Origin: Betaproteobacteria bacterium
GTDB taxonomy: Bacteria; Pseudomonadota; Gammaproteobacteria; Burkholderiales; JAHFQX01
Direction of reading: 5' to 3'
Length of the DNA stretch: 64,000 bases
Assembly (NCBI GenBank): GCA_023259135.1
Contig: JAHFQX010000012.1
Span: forward strand, 111-64,110
The translations under genes and the position numbers were made by a program. Below the pieces are notes generated by a model. That model did not search any database and was not told where the DNA came from. It saw nothing but the letters and a program-made list of their open reading frames with translations. Of the stretch, positions 18,858-28,702 are shown piece after piece. Each line of letters opens with the position of its first letter. The stretch's first letter is position 1.

Positions 18858-20006
18858 ATGGGGCCTTTGCGCGGACTGAAAGTGATCGAAATGGCTGGCC
18901 TCGGGCCGGGCCCCTATTGTGCCATGATGCTCTCTGACCTGGGGGCGGAGGTGCTGCGGGTGGACCGGGCCGTGGAGACTGAGCCCAGTATCCTGCCCGA
19001 GACCCGCTATAACGTCACAGGGCGGGGACGCCGCTCGGTGGCGGTGGACCTGAAGCACCCCGAGGGCGCGGAAGTGGTGTTGCGCTTGGCGCGGCAGGCC
19101 GACGTGCTTATCGAGGGCTATCGCCCCGGCGTGATGGAGCGGCTGGGACTCTCCCCCGAGGCCTGCTGGCAGGGCAATCCGCGGCTGATCTACGGACGTA
19201 TGACCGGCTGGGGCCAGGACGGCCCGTTGGCCGACGCGGTGGGCCATGACATCAACTACATTGCCCTGACCGGAGCCTTGCACGCCATCGGCCGGCAGGG
19301 CCAGCCGCCGGTGCCGCCCTTGAGCCTGGTGGGGGATTACGGCGGCGGCGGCTCCATTCTCGCCATCGGCATCCTGGCCGCGCTTCACGAAGCCCGGACC
19401 TCCGGCAAGGGCCAGGTGGTGGATGCCTCCATCGTGGACGGCACCGCCCTGCTGCTCACCTCGGTGTGGGGCCGGCTGGCCGCCGGCTCGTGGCGAGACG
19501 AGCGCGGCGCCAATGTGCTGGACAGCGGTTCGCCCTATTACGAAGTCTACGAAACCCGCGATGGCAAGTTCATGGCGGTGGGCGCCATCGAGCCCAAGTT
19601 CTATCGCAACCTGCTCAAAGTGCTGGGTCTGAACGAAGCCGAGCTGCCCGCCCAGAACGACCGCGACCGTTGGCCCGAACTCAAGGCCCGCTTCGCCGCC
19701 GCCTTCAAGACCCGCACTCGGGACGAATGGGATGCCGCTTTCCGCGACGTGGAAGCCTGCGTCGCCCCGGTGCTGTCCCTCAAGGAAGCCCCCGCCCATC
19801 CCCACAATCGGGCACGCGGCACTTTCGTCGAAGCCCACGGCGTGCTGCAAGCCGCACCTGCCCCCCGTTTCTCCCGTACTCCCGCCGCTATTCAGGGCCC
19901 CACTCCGCCCCCCGGCCGCGATACCCGCGAGGTGCTGGAGCAATGGGGATTCGGCGCGAAAGACGTGGAAGCCTTGCTGGCCAAGGGCGCGGTGCGGGCG
20001 GGGTGA
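18858..20006 (+). CDS. Class III CoA-transferase (CaiB/BaiF family; alpha-methylacyl-CoA racemase-like)
   Basis: MGPLRGLKVIEMAGLGPGPYCAMMLSDLGAEVLRVDR is a typical family III N-terminus. AGGAGA ribosome-binding site upstream. Confidence 0.85.
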   Translation: MGPLRGLKVIEMAGLGPGPYCAMMLSDLGAEVLRVDRAVETEPSILPETRYNVTGRGRRSVAVDLKHPEGAEVVLRLARQADVLIEGYRPGVMERLGLSPEACWQGNPRLIYGRMTGWGQDGPLADAVGHDINYIALTGALHAIGRQGQPPVPPLSLVGDYGGGGSILAIGILAALHEARTSGKGQVVDASIVDGTALLLTSVWGRLAAGSWRDERGANVLDSGSPYYEVYETRDGKFMAVGAIEPKFYRNLLKVLGLNEAELPAQNDRDRWPELKARFAAAFKTRTRDEWDAAFRDVEACVAPVLSLKEAPAHPHNRARGTFVEAHGVLQAAPAPRFSRTPAAIQGPTPPPGRDTREVLEQWGFGAKDVEALLAKGAVRAG

Positions 20007-20411
20007 AGCCCGTGTCGGGCGCGGTCGCGTACCGGGTCAGAGTGAGGATTCCATCCGACCTTTACACATCAAAGCTCTAGCTAGCGGATTCGGACTGTTT
20101 TTTGGGTAATGGTGCGGGATAACCCATTGGTTTATCTGAACGCTGATGTCGGGAATTGCGTAAAAGCGGCTGTAGTGAAAAGACCTTGTCGGCGGCCCGG
20201 GGCGCGGGTCCGGGAGAAGCTGTTGGCGTTTCTGGAAGCCACCCGGGCCGGCGAGATCATGGTCAACACCCCGATTTTCGACCGCCGAGCCCGGCTGCGC
20301 GGCTATGAAATTCTGGCGGAGCAAGGCGGTATCGCTTCGGCCAGCCCCTAAGATGCGCCGATCGCCGATGGGGTATCATCACGCCCCCTCAAAATAAATA
20401 GGGTGGGTTCC

Positions 20412-21365
20412 ATGGGCCGGGCCGTTTGCTTGTCGTTCCTTGCCGCCATTTTGCTGGCGGGTTGCGCCACGGGGGTTCCGGTTCCCGTGGCGGATTTGCC
20501 TGCCCCCGCCGCTCCCGCGCTGAAAACCGCGCCCCGTCTGGGCCTGGCTTTGGGGGGCGGGGCGGCGCGAGGGTTCGCTCACGTGGGCGTGATCAAGGTG
20601 CTGGAATCTCACGGCATCGTTCCCGACATCGTGGTGGGTACCAGCGCGGGGAGCGTGGTGGGGGCGCTTTACGCGGCCGGATACGGCAGCCTTGACTTGC
20701 AGCGCATCGCCCTGCAGTTGGGCGAAGCCAGCTTGTGGGATTGGTCCTTGCCGGACCGGGGGGTGATCCGGGGCGAATCCCTGCAAAATTTCATCAACCG
20801 GGCGGTGCAGAACCGGCCCATCGAGAAGCTCAACAAGGTATTTGCCGCGGTGGCCACCGATCTTCAAAAGGGTGATGCCGTGACGTTCGGCCAGGGCAAT
20901 ACCGGAATGGCGGTGCGGGCCTCCAGCAGCATTCCCGGCGTGTTCCAGCCGGTAACCCTCAATGGTCGGGATTACGTGGATGGCGGCCTGGTGAGTCCGA
21001 TTCCGGTTCGGGCGGCGCGTCAGTTGGGGGCCGAGGTGGTGATCGCGGTGGATATCTCCAGCCGGCCGGAGAACGGGGAAATCAAGGGGTCCTTCGATGT
21101 GTTGCGGCAGACCTTGGCCATCATGGCTCGGGTGCTGGGGGGGCAAGAATTGCAGGAGGCCGACGTGGTGATCCGGCCCAATACCGCGGAGCTCAAATCG
21201 ACGAGCTTCGATACCCGGCATCTGGCCATCCTGGAAGGGGAGCGGGCGGCGCAGGCGGCGCTGCCTGCCATTCGGGAGAAACTGGCGGCTTTCGTCGGCG
21301 TTCAGCGGGGGGAGAAGCCGCGGGAAGACAAGCTTAGCGCAGCCCCAAGCGGCGGGCGCCGTTGA
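20412..21365 (+). CDS. Patatin-like phospholipase, predicted lipoprotein
   Basis: Contains GGGAARG, GTSAGS (the GxSxG motif) and DGG. The N-terminus has the lipobox LLAGC. Confidence 0.85.
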   Translation: MGRAVCLSFLAAILLAGCATGVPVPVADLPAPAAPALKTAPRLGLALGGGAARGFAHVGVIKVLESHGIVPDIVVGTSAGSVVGALYAAGYGSLDLQRIALQLGEASLWDWSLPDRGVIRGESLQNFINRAVQNRPIEKLNKVFAAVATDLQKGDAVTFGQGNTGMAVRASSSIPGVFQPVTLNGRDYVDGGLVSPIPVRAARQLGAEVVIAVDISSRPENGEIKGSFDVLRQTLAIMARVLGGQELQEADVVIRPNTAELKSTSFDTRHLAILEGERAAQAALPAIREKLAAFVGVQRGEKPREDKLSAAPSGGRR

Positions 21366-21846
21366 AGCGCTTGATCCAGTAGCTGTCGTCCATGGCGACG
21401 ATGTGGACGCCGCCGCCCCGGCTGGGGGCATGGACGAAGCGCCGCTCGCCCAGGTAGATACCGACGTGGGAAAAGGGCCGGCTCAGGGTGTTGTAGAACA
21501 CCAAGTCGCCGGGCCGCAGCTCTTGCTCGTCGATCTTGCGGCCGAGCAGGCTGATGGCCCGGGCGTTATGGGGTAGATCGAGGCCGGTGACCTGGCCGAA
21601 TACATAGCGCACCAGACCGCTGCAATCGAAGCCGCTGTCGGGGGAGATGCCCCCGGGACGATAGCGGATACCGATTAGCGTCATGGCTTGGAAGACCAGT
21701 TCTTGGGCGCGTTCCAGATAGCCGTCCAAGGCGCCGGGGGAGTCAGCGGAATGGGCTCCCTCGGCGGGCGGCAGATCGTCCCGGGCGAGGGCCGGGGCGG
21801 AAAGGGATGCCGTCAGTAGCAGGACGGCCCAGAACACATAACGCAT
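21334..21846 (-). CDS. NlpC/P60 (C40) family peptidoglycan endopeptidase, secreted
   Basis: 170 aa with a signal peptide, the motifs DCSGLVRYVF and SHVGIYLG..FVHAP. Confidence 0.85.
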   Translation of the reverse strand: MRYVFWAVLLLTASLSAPALARDDLPPAEGAHSADSPGALDGYLERAQELVFQAMTLIGIRYRPGGISPDSGFDCSGLVRYVFGQVTGLDLPHNARAISLLGRKIDEQELRPGDLVFYNTLSRPFSHVGIYLGERRFVHAPSRGGGVHIVAMDDSYWIKRFNGARRLGLR

Positions 21847-21959
21847 GAAGCGGACTTTAACCGCAAAATCCGGGATTTGTAAACTCCCACCCCACTCGTT
21901 TGGAGCTGTCTTCGCGTAATATTTGCACTCCGGTTTTTGACGAGCCCCTGGAAGCCGTT

Positions 21960-22841
21960 ATGAAGGAAACCCGCCATATCGCCTTGCTCTCGGTCGCTGC
22001 CTCGCTGATTACCCTGGCGCTTAAATTCGGCGCCTATTTCTTCACCGACTCAGTGAGTCTGTTTTCCGATGCGGCGGAATCCTTGGTGAATCTCACCGCG
22101 AGCCTGGCGGCTTTCGGCGCCCTGACTTTGGCATCCCAGCCCCCGGACGATACCCATGCCTACGGCCACGATAAGGCGGAGTATTTTTCCGCCGGATTGG
22201 AGGGGGGGCTGGTACTGGTGGCGGCGATTTCCATTATGTACATGGCCGTCACCCGCTTCCTGCATCCCGTTCCCCTATCGGATCTATGGATAGGGATGCC
22301 CTTGGCGCTGGCCGCGGCGGGGGTCAACTACGGTATCGCCGTCGTCATGTTGCGGGCCGCCCAGACCCACGACAGCATTACCCTGGAAGCCGATGCCCGC
22401 CATCTGCTGACCGACGTCTGGACCACCGCCGGCGTGCTCGCCGGCTTGCTGATGGTGGCCTTGGCGCCGCCCGGCTGGGAGATTTTGGATCCGCTGCTGG
22501 CGGCGGCGGTGGGCTTGCACATCGTGGGGACCGGAGTGGGCTTGATGCGGCGCTCCTGGCAAGGATTGATGGACGCTTCGCTCCCGATACCCGAGCGGGG
22601 GGAGATCCAGGCGGCGATTCTCGGGGAGTTGCCGAGGGAGGCCAGTTTCCACGATCTTCGCACCCGCAAGTCCGGCTCCCGGCGTTTTATCGAATTCCAC
22701 TTGCTGGTTCCCGGCGCCTGGAGCGTGGACGAGGCCCATGGTCTATGCGACCGGATCGAGGCGGCCATTGGGGCGCGGCTGGCCAAAACCTCGGTGACGA
22801 TCCATGTGGAGCCGGCGGAATCGGATACACTGGAGCTTTGA
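21960..22841 (+). CDS. Cation diffusion facilitator (CDF) family metal efflux transporter
   Basis: The start MKETRHIALLSVAASL is followed by six predicted TM helices. HDSITLEADARHLLTDV matches a CDF signature region. A cytoplasmic C-terminal domain is present. Confidence 0.8.
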   Translation: MKETRHIALLSVAASLITLALKFGAYFFTDSVSLFSDAAESLVNLTASLAAFGALTLASQPPDDTHAYGHDKAEYFSAGLEGGLVLVAAISIMYMAVTRFLHPVPLSDLWIGMPLALAAAGVNYGIAVVMLRAAQTHDSITLEADARHLLTDVWTTAGVLAGLLMVALAPPGWEILDPLLAAAVGLHIVGTGVGLMRRSWQGLMDASLPIPERGEIQAAILGELPREASFHDLRTRKSGSRRFIEFHLLVPGAWSVDEAHGLCDRIEAAIGARLAKTSVTIHVEPAESDTLEL

Positions 22842-22864
22842 GTGACGTTGCGGAGGGTGATGAC

Positions 22865-23533
22865 ATGGGCGAGCCAGAATTTTCCGAGGAGCGGGTCAAG
22901 GCCGAGGCGGAACGCAGCGCCGCGGGCGGCGGGGACATCCGGGAGCAAGTTCGGAACCTGACTTTGCGAGCGCTGCGCGGCAAGGGGCTGGACGTGGAGG
23001 GGACCAAGCAGGTGGTGCGGGCCCTGACCGAGGGCATTAGCCTGGGGACACGGCGCGGTGGAGAGGCGGGCCAGGCGCTCAAGGAAGCTTTTGCCGGGCT
23101 CGACGAGGGCTTGGGCAAGGCCGCCGAGGCGAGCCGGCTGGCGTTGCAGGAGATGGCCGCCCGCGGGCAGCAGTTGCGGGACGAGGATCTGAAAGTGGCC
23201 CTAGACCAGCTCAAGTCTTTGGAAGGCAGCTTTCTCGACACCGTGTGGGAGACCGCCCAGCGGGTGGGCGGCACGGCCAAGGAGCAGTGGTTCGAATTGG
23301 TGACCCACGCCCGGCGCGCCGGTACCGATACCGGCGGCCAGGTGGCGGCAACCCTGGAAGCGTTCTCCCGACGCATGGCGACGGTGGCGCTGGATACCCA
23401 GCATGCCAGTCTGGAAGCGGCCCGCGAGTGGAGCCGCCGCTTCGCCGAGGCGAGCAGCGGCTTCCTGGCCGGCGTGTCCGACGCCCTGCACCAAGCCTCC
23501 CCGCCGGGGCCGGGGGACAAGAAAAAAGGCTAG
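22865..23533 (+). CDS. Hypothetical Ala/Glu/Arg-rich helical protein (phasin-like composition)
   Basis: 222 aa from the ATG at 22865. The upstream part of the 415-aa ORF overlaps the CDF gene out of frame and was discarded. I recognised no motif. Confidence 0.5.
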   Translation: MGEPEFSEERVKAEAERSAAGGGDIREQVRNLTLRALRGKGLDVEGTKQVVRALTEGISLGTRRGGEAGQALKEAFAGLDEGLGKAAEASRLALQEMAARGQQLRDEDLKVALDQLKSLEGSFLDTVWETAQRVGGTAKEQWFELVTHARRAGTDTGGQVAATLEAFSRRMATVALDTQHASLEAAREWSRRFAEASSGFLAGVSDALHQASPPGPGDKKKG

Positions 23534-23542
23534 CCCCCGCCC

Positions 23543-25249
23543 ATGCTGCTGGAAACCCTGGAAGCGCTGCGCGACCTGCCCCGTCTGCACGAGGTCGGCT
23601 CGGTCCTGATCCGGTACGGCTTCGGCGAGCTGGTGCGGCGGCTGGGCATCGCCGGGGCCTTGGAGCGGGCCGACCGGGCCTTGCACTGGCAGCGTCCTCG
23701 CGCCGAGCCGCCCACTTCCCCGGAGCGGTTCCGGCTGGCGTTGGAGGAGCTGGGCCCGACCTTCGTGAAATTCGGCCAAGTGCTGGCGACCCGCTCCGAC
23801 ATTCTGCCTCCCGAGTGGATCGGCGAGCTGGAAAAGCTACACAGTACGGTGCCTGCGATGCCTTTCGGGGAATTGCTGCCGCAATTGGAAAAAGCCTTGG
23901 GCCGCTCCCCCTTCGAGGTATTCGTCGATCTGGAAACCGAGGCTGCCGGCTCGGCCTCCGTCGCCCAGGTGCATCGGGCACGGCTTGCCGACGGCACCCC
24001 GGTGGCGGTGAAGGTGCTGCGGCCCCATGCTCGGGCCACGGTGGAGGCCGACGCGAGAATCCTGGAGCGGGTCGCGCAACTGGCGGAATTGGAATTTCCG
24101 AAGGCTCGGCGCTACCGGCCGCGTCAGGTGGTGGCCGAGTTCCGCCGCTCGCTGGAGCGGGAGCTGGACCTGGCGCGGGAAGCCCGCAGCATGGAGCGTT
24201 TCGCGGAGAATTTCGCGGGCGACGAGACGGTGCTGATCCCGAAGGTGTACTGGGAATACACCGGACCGCTGCTCAACGTCCAGCAGCGTATAGAAGGCAT
24301 TCCCGGGACCGACCCGGCGGCGGTGGATCGAGCCGGGTTGGACCGTAAGCTGCTGGCCGCTCGGGGCGCGGACGCCGTGCTCAAGATGATCCTGGCGGAT
24401 GGCTACTTCCACGCCGACCCCCACCCCGGAAATGTCTTTTACCTGCCCGGCAACCGTATCGCCATGGTGGATTTCGGCATGGTGGGGCGGCTTACCGAGC
24501 GCCGCCGCAGGGAGATCGCCGGTTTTTTGGCGGCCCTGGTGGAGCGCAACGAAGACGGCATGGTGCAGGCGCTATTGGATTGGGGAGGGGACGGCCCGGT
24601 GGACGAAGCCCGGTTGGCGGCGGACATCGGCGAATTGGCCTACGACTACAGCCAAGCCCACCTTAAAGATATCCGCATGGATGCCTTGCTGGGGGAAATT
24701 ACCGGAATCATGCGCCGTCACGGTTTGGTTTTGCCTTCTGATCTGACTTTGCTGTTCAAGGCGCTGGTGTCCTTGGAAGGACTGGGCCGGCAACTCGATC
24801 CGGAATTTCGGATGCTGGATCGGCTGGAGCCGTTCGTTCGGAAAGTGATGCAAGAACGCTCCGCGCCGGCGGCGGTGCTGCGCCGGATGCGCCGCAACCT
24901 GGCAGAAACGGTGGCGTTGCTGGGAGAACTACCGCGAGACGCGGCACGGCTGATCCGGGAAGCCCGGCGCGGTCGGATGCGGATCGATCTGGATCTCAAG
25001 CGCCTGGATCAATTCGGCCGGCAACTGGACCACAGCGTCAATCGGCTGACCTTGGGCATCATCATTGCGGCGCTGATCATCGGTTCGTCTATCGTCATGA
25101 CGGTGTCGGGAGGCCCCACTTTGTTCGGGCTGCCGGTGTTCGGGCTGATCGGCTTCGTGGTGGCGTTTTTCGGCAGCCTGGGGTTGATGTTTTCCATTTG
25201 GCGCTCGGGCAAGGGATCAGGGGCCGAGGGGAGCAGCGGCGGTTTTTAA
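23543..25249 (+). CDS. ABC1/UbiB (AarF) family atypical protein kinase with C-terminal TM helices
   Basis: 568 aa with LGPTFVKFGQVLATRSDILPPEW, ASVAQVHRA..VAVKVLRP and HADPHPGN. Confidence 0.88.
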   Translation: MLLETLEALRDLPRLHEVGSVLIRYGFGELVRRLGIAGALERADRALHWQRPRAEPPTSPERFRLALEELGPTFVKFGQVLATRSDILPPEWIGELEKLHSTVPAMPFGELLPQLEKALGRSPFEVFVDLETEAAGSASVAQVHRARLADGTPVAVKVLRPHARATVEADARILERVAQLAELEFPKARRYRPRQVVAEFRRSLERELDLAREARSMERFAENFAGDETVLIPKVYWEYTGPLLNVQQRIEGIPGTDPAAVDRAGLDRKLLAARGADAVLKMILADGYFHADPHPGNVFYLPGNRIAMVDFGMVGRLTERRRREIAGFLAALVERNEDGMVQALLDWGGDGPVDEARLAADIGELAYDYSQAHLKDIRMDALLGEITGIMRRHGLVLPSDLTLLFKALVSLEGLGRQLDPEFRMLDRLEPFVRKVMQERSAPAAVLRRMRRNLAETVALLGELPRDAARLIREARRGRMRIDLDLKRLDQFGRQLDHSVNRLTLGIIIAALIIGSSIVMTVSGGPTLFGLPVFGLIGFVVAFFGSLGLMFSIWRSGKGSGAEGSSGGF

Positions 25250-25268
25250 AAATCCGGAGGGGACGACT

Positions 25269-26393
25269 ATGGAGCATTTCTTGACCGCCGCCGTGGCGGC
25301 AGCGGTGGCGGAGGATTCGAGTTGGCGGTCCGAGGCGGGTTTTCCTCGAAAGCTTTGGCGGCGCCTGGGGGGCAAGGGTTTGCTGGGGATCGGCTTCCCC
25401 GCCGCGGCCGGCGGGCAGGGCCGGTCCCTGGTGGAGGTGGCGGAGGCCGGCGGCGCCCTGGTGCGCGCCACCGGCAGCCTGGGCTTGGGCCTGGGCTGGC
25501 TGATGAACGAGATGCTGGGCTGGTTTGCCCTGGGCCGGTTGGGGACGGCGGCCCAGCGGGCCGCCTTGCTGCCGGCCATGGCGCGGGGCGAAGTGTTATG
25601 CGCCTTGGCCATTTCCGAGCCGGGGGTCGGCGCCCATCCCAAGCATCTGTCCGCCCGGGCGCAACGGGATGGGGACGGTTGGCGTCTTGACGGCGAGAAG
25701 GCTTTTGTCAGCAACGGCCCCAACGCCGATTGGTTCATCGTGGTGGCGGTGAGCGGCGAGGCGGACGGCCGCAAGCGCTTCAGCGCCTTTCTGCTGCCCG
25801 CCGATGCGCCGGGACTTGCCAAGGTCCAGCGTGAGCCGGTGGCCGGCTTGACTCCCCTGGGTCATTGCGGGCTCAAGCTGGAAGCCTGTAAAATTGGTCC
25901 GGACAATATGCTGGGAGAGGAGGGGAGCGCCTTCGAGGCCCTCGCCAAGCCCTTCCGGGATGTAGAGGATGCTCTGCTGCCGGCCCTGCTGGTGGGAGCC
26001 ATGGGCCGGGAACTGGCGGAACTGGGCCGAGCGCTGGGCCCGGGTGCCGGGGAAGCCGAACGTCAGATGCTGGGCAGGTTGCTCACCGAGTTGGCGGCGT
26101 TGGCGGCGACGGCCCGGGATTCGGCTCGCGGTCTGGAGCAATACGGGGTCGGCGCAGCCCTGTCGGCCCTCAATACCGGGTTCAAGGAACTGGCCCGCCG
26201 CTGGCAAGGGGATTGGCAAACCCTGGCCGATTTGGGCAGCGATGCCGTGTCTTCCCTCAAGCCGTTGACCCAGGACGTCAACATCGTGATCAACATTGCC
26301 CGACGCGTCGGGCAAGCAAGGCAGCAGACCCTGGGCGCCGCCTTGCTCACTGAAAAAGCGGCTCATGAAGTCACTCTACGAACATCGTTTTAA
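25269..26393 (+). CDS. Acyl-CoA dehydrogenase family protein, divergent C-terminal domain
   Basis: 374 aa with AISEPGVGAHP and DGEKAFVSNG. The C-terminal helical domain is poorly conserved. Confidence 0.65.
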   Translation: MEHFLTAAVAAAVAEDSSWRSEAGFPRKLWRRLGGKGLLGIGFPAAAGGQGRSLVEVAEAGGALVRATGSLGLGLGWLMNEMLGWFALGRLGTAAQRAALLPAMARGEVLCALAISEPGVGAHPKHLSARAQRDGDGWRLDGEKAFVSNGPNADWFIVVAVSGEADGRKRFSAFLLPADAPGLAKVQREPVAGLTPLGHCGLKLEACKIGPDNMLGEEGSAFEALAKPFRDVEDALLPALLVGAMGRELAELGRALGPGAGEAERQMLGRLLTELAALAATARDSARGLEQYGVGAALSALNTGFKELARRWQGDWQTLADLGSDAVSSLKPLTQDVNIVINIARRVGQARQQTLGAALLTEKAAHEVTLRTSF

Positions 26394-27333
26394 TTCCGTG
26401 GCGGCGGTGGAAACCGAATTCGCCCAAGCCCAGTACATCGCCAGCCGGCAGATCGCCACCAGCGTCTATCTGGCCTTCAATCTGCAAAAGCCCATCCTGG
26501 TGGAAGGCCCCGCGGGAGTGGGCAAGACCGAATTGGCCAAGACCATGGCCGAGGTTCTGGAAGTGCCCCTGATCCGCATGCAATGCTACGAGGGGCTGGA
26601 CGAATCCAAGGCGCTCTACGAGTGGAAGTACGGCAAGCAACTGCTGTACACCCAATTGCTCAAAGACAAGCTGGGCGAACTAATGGAGGGCGCCAAGGGG
26701 CTGGCCCAGTCGATCGAACGGCTGCACTCCCACGACGATTTGTTTTTCTCCGAGCATTTTCTGGAGCCTCGACCGCTCTACAAAGCGCTCCACGAAGAGG
26801 CCGGCTGCGTGCTGCTGATCGACGAGATCGACAAATCCGATCAGGAATTCGAGGCTTTCTTGCTGGAAGTGCTGTCGGATTTCCAGGTCTCGGTTCCCGA
26901 GCTGGGCACCATCAAGGCCACGGTCAGGCCCTTCGTGTTCCTCACCAGCAACAATACCCGCGAGATGAGCGATGCTTTGAAGCGCCGCTGCCTGCACCTG
27001 TATATTCCCTTTCCCGACGCCAAGCTGGAGCGCCGCATCCTGGAGACCCGAGTGCCGGGGCTGTCCAAGAGCTTGCGCAACGAATTGGTGGCCTTCATCC
27101 AGAATGTCCGCACTCTGGAACTGAAGAAACAGCCTTCGGTGAGCGAGACCATCGACTGGGCCAAGGTGCTGCTGCTGCTCAATGCCGAGCATTTGAACGT
27201 GGACATGGTGCGGGACACCCTCAATACCTTCCTCAAGTTCGAGGAAGACATCGCGGCCGCCGACGAGCGGCTGGTGAATTTCGTCGGAAAAGCCCGGGAA
27301 GAGGGGGCGCTGCTCCATGCAAGAAACCCTTGA
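26365..27333 (+). CDS. MoxR-class AAA+ ATPase (CoxD/AAA_5-like)
   Basis: Walker A GPAGVGKTELAK, Walker B LLIDEIDK, and the typical MQCYEGLDESKALYEWKY region. The start is uncertain: the ATG at 26365 overlaps the upstream gene by 29 nt, and GTG alternatives exist near 26398. Confidence 0.8.
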   Translation: MKSLYEHRFNSVAAVETEFAQAQYIASRQIATSVYLAFNLQKPILVEGPAGVGKTELAKTMAEVLEVPLIRMQCYEGLDESKALYEWKYGKQLLYTQLLKDKLGELMEGAKGLAQSIERLHSHDDLFFSEHFLEPRPLYKALHEEAGCVLLIDEIDKSDQEFEAFLLEVLSDFQVSVPELGTIKATVRPFVFLTSNNTREMSDALKRRCLHLYIPFPDAKLERRILETRVPGLSKSLRNELVAFIQNVRTLELKKQPSVSETIDWAKVLLLLNAEHLNVDMVRDTLNTFLKFEEDIAAADERLVNFVGKAREEGALLHARNP

Positions 27334-28693
27334 GGATTTCTTCAAGGCGCTGCGAGGCTCCGACCTGGACGTGACCCTCACCGACAGCATCGAGGCCGGC
27401 CGGGCGATAGAGATCGTCGGGCTGGCCGACCGGGAGGTGTTGAAGCATGCCCTGGGGGCCACCCTGGCCAAATCCATGGACGAGCGGCTGATCTTTGACG
27501 CCTGCTTCGACCGCTTTTTCTCCTTCGATGCTTTCAAGGAGCGCCCGGCGGGTGGTGGCGATGGCGTCAACACGACCCCCTTCGCCATGGAAGGCAGCGG
27601 TTCCGGGGCGGGTTCCGGCGGTTCCGGAGGCCAGCGGCTGGTGGACATGCTGATGCGGCAGGACCAGGCGGGGCTCGCCAAGGCCATGAAGGAAGCCGCC
27701 CGCCAAGTGGGGATGACCGACATCTGGTTTTTCACTCAAAAGGGCCTCTACATCCAGAAAATCCAGAAGCAAATGGGCTCGGAACAGCTCGACCGGGATC
27801 TGGCTCAGCTTGCCGCCCAGCCCGGCCAGAGCGCCCAGGTGGCGGCCTTGAAGCTGGCCCGGCGCCGGCTGTTCGAGGAGGTGAAGGATTTCGTCGAGAA
27901 GCAACTGGCCATGTACGGCACCGCTCCCACCAAGCGGCTGCATGATGAATACCTGCAGGCGCAGAAGCTCTCCAACATCGAGCAGCGGGATTTCCAGCGG
28001 ATGCACGATATCGTCCGCAAGATCGCCAAGCGCCTGTCGGTGATCCACTCCAAGAAGAAAAAGCAGGAAGACCGGGGCGTGCTGGATTTCCGCAAGACCC
28101 TGCGTCGCAACGTGGCCTTCGACGGCGTGATGTTCGAGACTTATTGGAAAACCAAGGTCATCGACCGGCCCAAGGTCATCGCCATCTGCGATGTAAGCGG
28201 CTCGGTGCGGGCCTACGCCAAATTCCTGCTGCTGTTCCTCTACAGCCTGAGCGAATTGCTTTCTAAGATTCGCAGTTTCGCTTTCACCAACACCCTGGTG
28301 GATGTGACCGCGACTTTCGACGGCATGCCGGTGCAGCAGGCGGTGGACAAGGTGATGAAGGACGTGGGCGGCAGCGGCACCGACTACGGTCAAATGTTCA
28401 TGGACTTGCAAGCGCAGTTGATGAAGGAAATCGACAAGAAGACCACGGTGCTGATCCTAGGGGACGCCCGCAACAACAACGGCGATCCCCAGACCGAAGT
28501 GATGAAGTTATTGCATCAGCGGGCCAAACGGGTGATCTGGCTGAATCCCGAGCCCAGGGTGTTCTGGGGTCTGGGGGATTCGGAAATGAAGCGCTATTTG
28601 CCCTATTGCCATCTGGCCAAGGAGTGCAATACCGTGAAGCACCTGGAGCGCACCATGGATGATCTGCTGCGGGTATCCACGGCCACGGCCTGA
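27317..28693 (+). CDS. VWA domain protein (CoxE-like partner of the MoxR ATPase)
   Basis: 458 aa. The MIDAS-like motif CDVSGSV lies in a C-terminal VWA domain. A Gly/Ser linker is present. The gene overlaps the MoxR gene by 17 nt. Confidence 0.8.
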   Translation: MQETLEDFFKALRGSDLDVTLTDSIEAGRAIEIVGLADREVLKHALGATLAKSMDERLIFDACFDRFFSFDAFKERPAGGGDGVNTTPFAMEGSGSGAGSGGSGGQRLVDMLMRQDQAGLAKAMKEAARQVGMTDIWFFTQKGLYIQKIQKQMGSEQLDRDLAQLAAQPGQSAQVAALKLARRRLFEEVKDFVEKQLAMYGTAPTKRLHDEYLQAQKLSNIEQRDFQRMHDIVRKIAKRLSVIHSKKKKQEDRGVLDFRKTLRRNVAFDGVMFETYWKTKVIDRPKVIAICDVSGSVRAYAKFLLLFLYSLSELLSKIRSFAFTNTLVDVTATFDGMPVQQAVDKVMKDVGGSGTDYGQMFMDLQAQLMKEIDKKTTVLILGDARNNNGDPQTEVMKLLHQRAKRVIWLNPEPRVFWGLGDSEMKRYLPYCHLAKECNTVKHLERTMDDLLRVSTATA

Positions 28694-28702
28694 TTTTTTT
28701 GC

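Noticed and set aside
17541-19943. An 800-aa ORF on the minus strand, with similar long antisense ORFs at 4553-5701, 10440-11243, 13413-14678, 23211-23981, 27233-28411, 28769-30001 and 45215-47593.
   Set aside because: They lie antisense or out of frame to genes with clear family motifs. Their products are Arg/Gly/Pro/Ala-rich and low in complexity. These are typical stop-codon-poor shadow ORFs of high-GC DNA.
20109-20351. An 80-aa ORF in the 400-nt gap between the class III CoA-transferase and the patatin gene.
   Set aside because: It has no ribosome-binding site, no recognisable motif, and mixed composition. The C-terminal part (EKLLAFLEATRAGEIMVNTPIFDRRARLRGYEILAE) looks protein-like and could be a gene remnant, but I cannot support a call.
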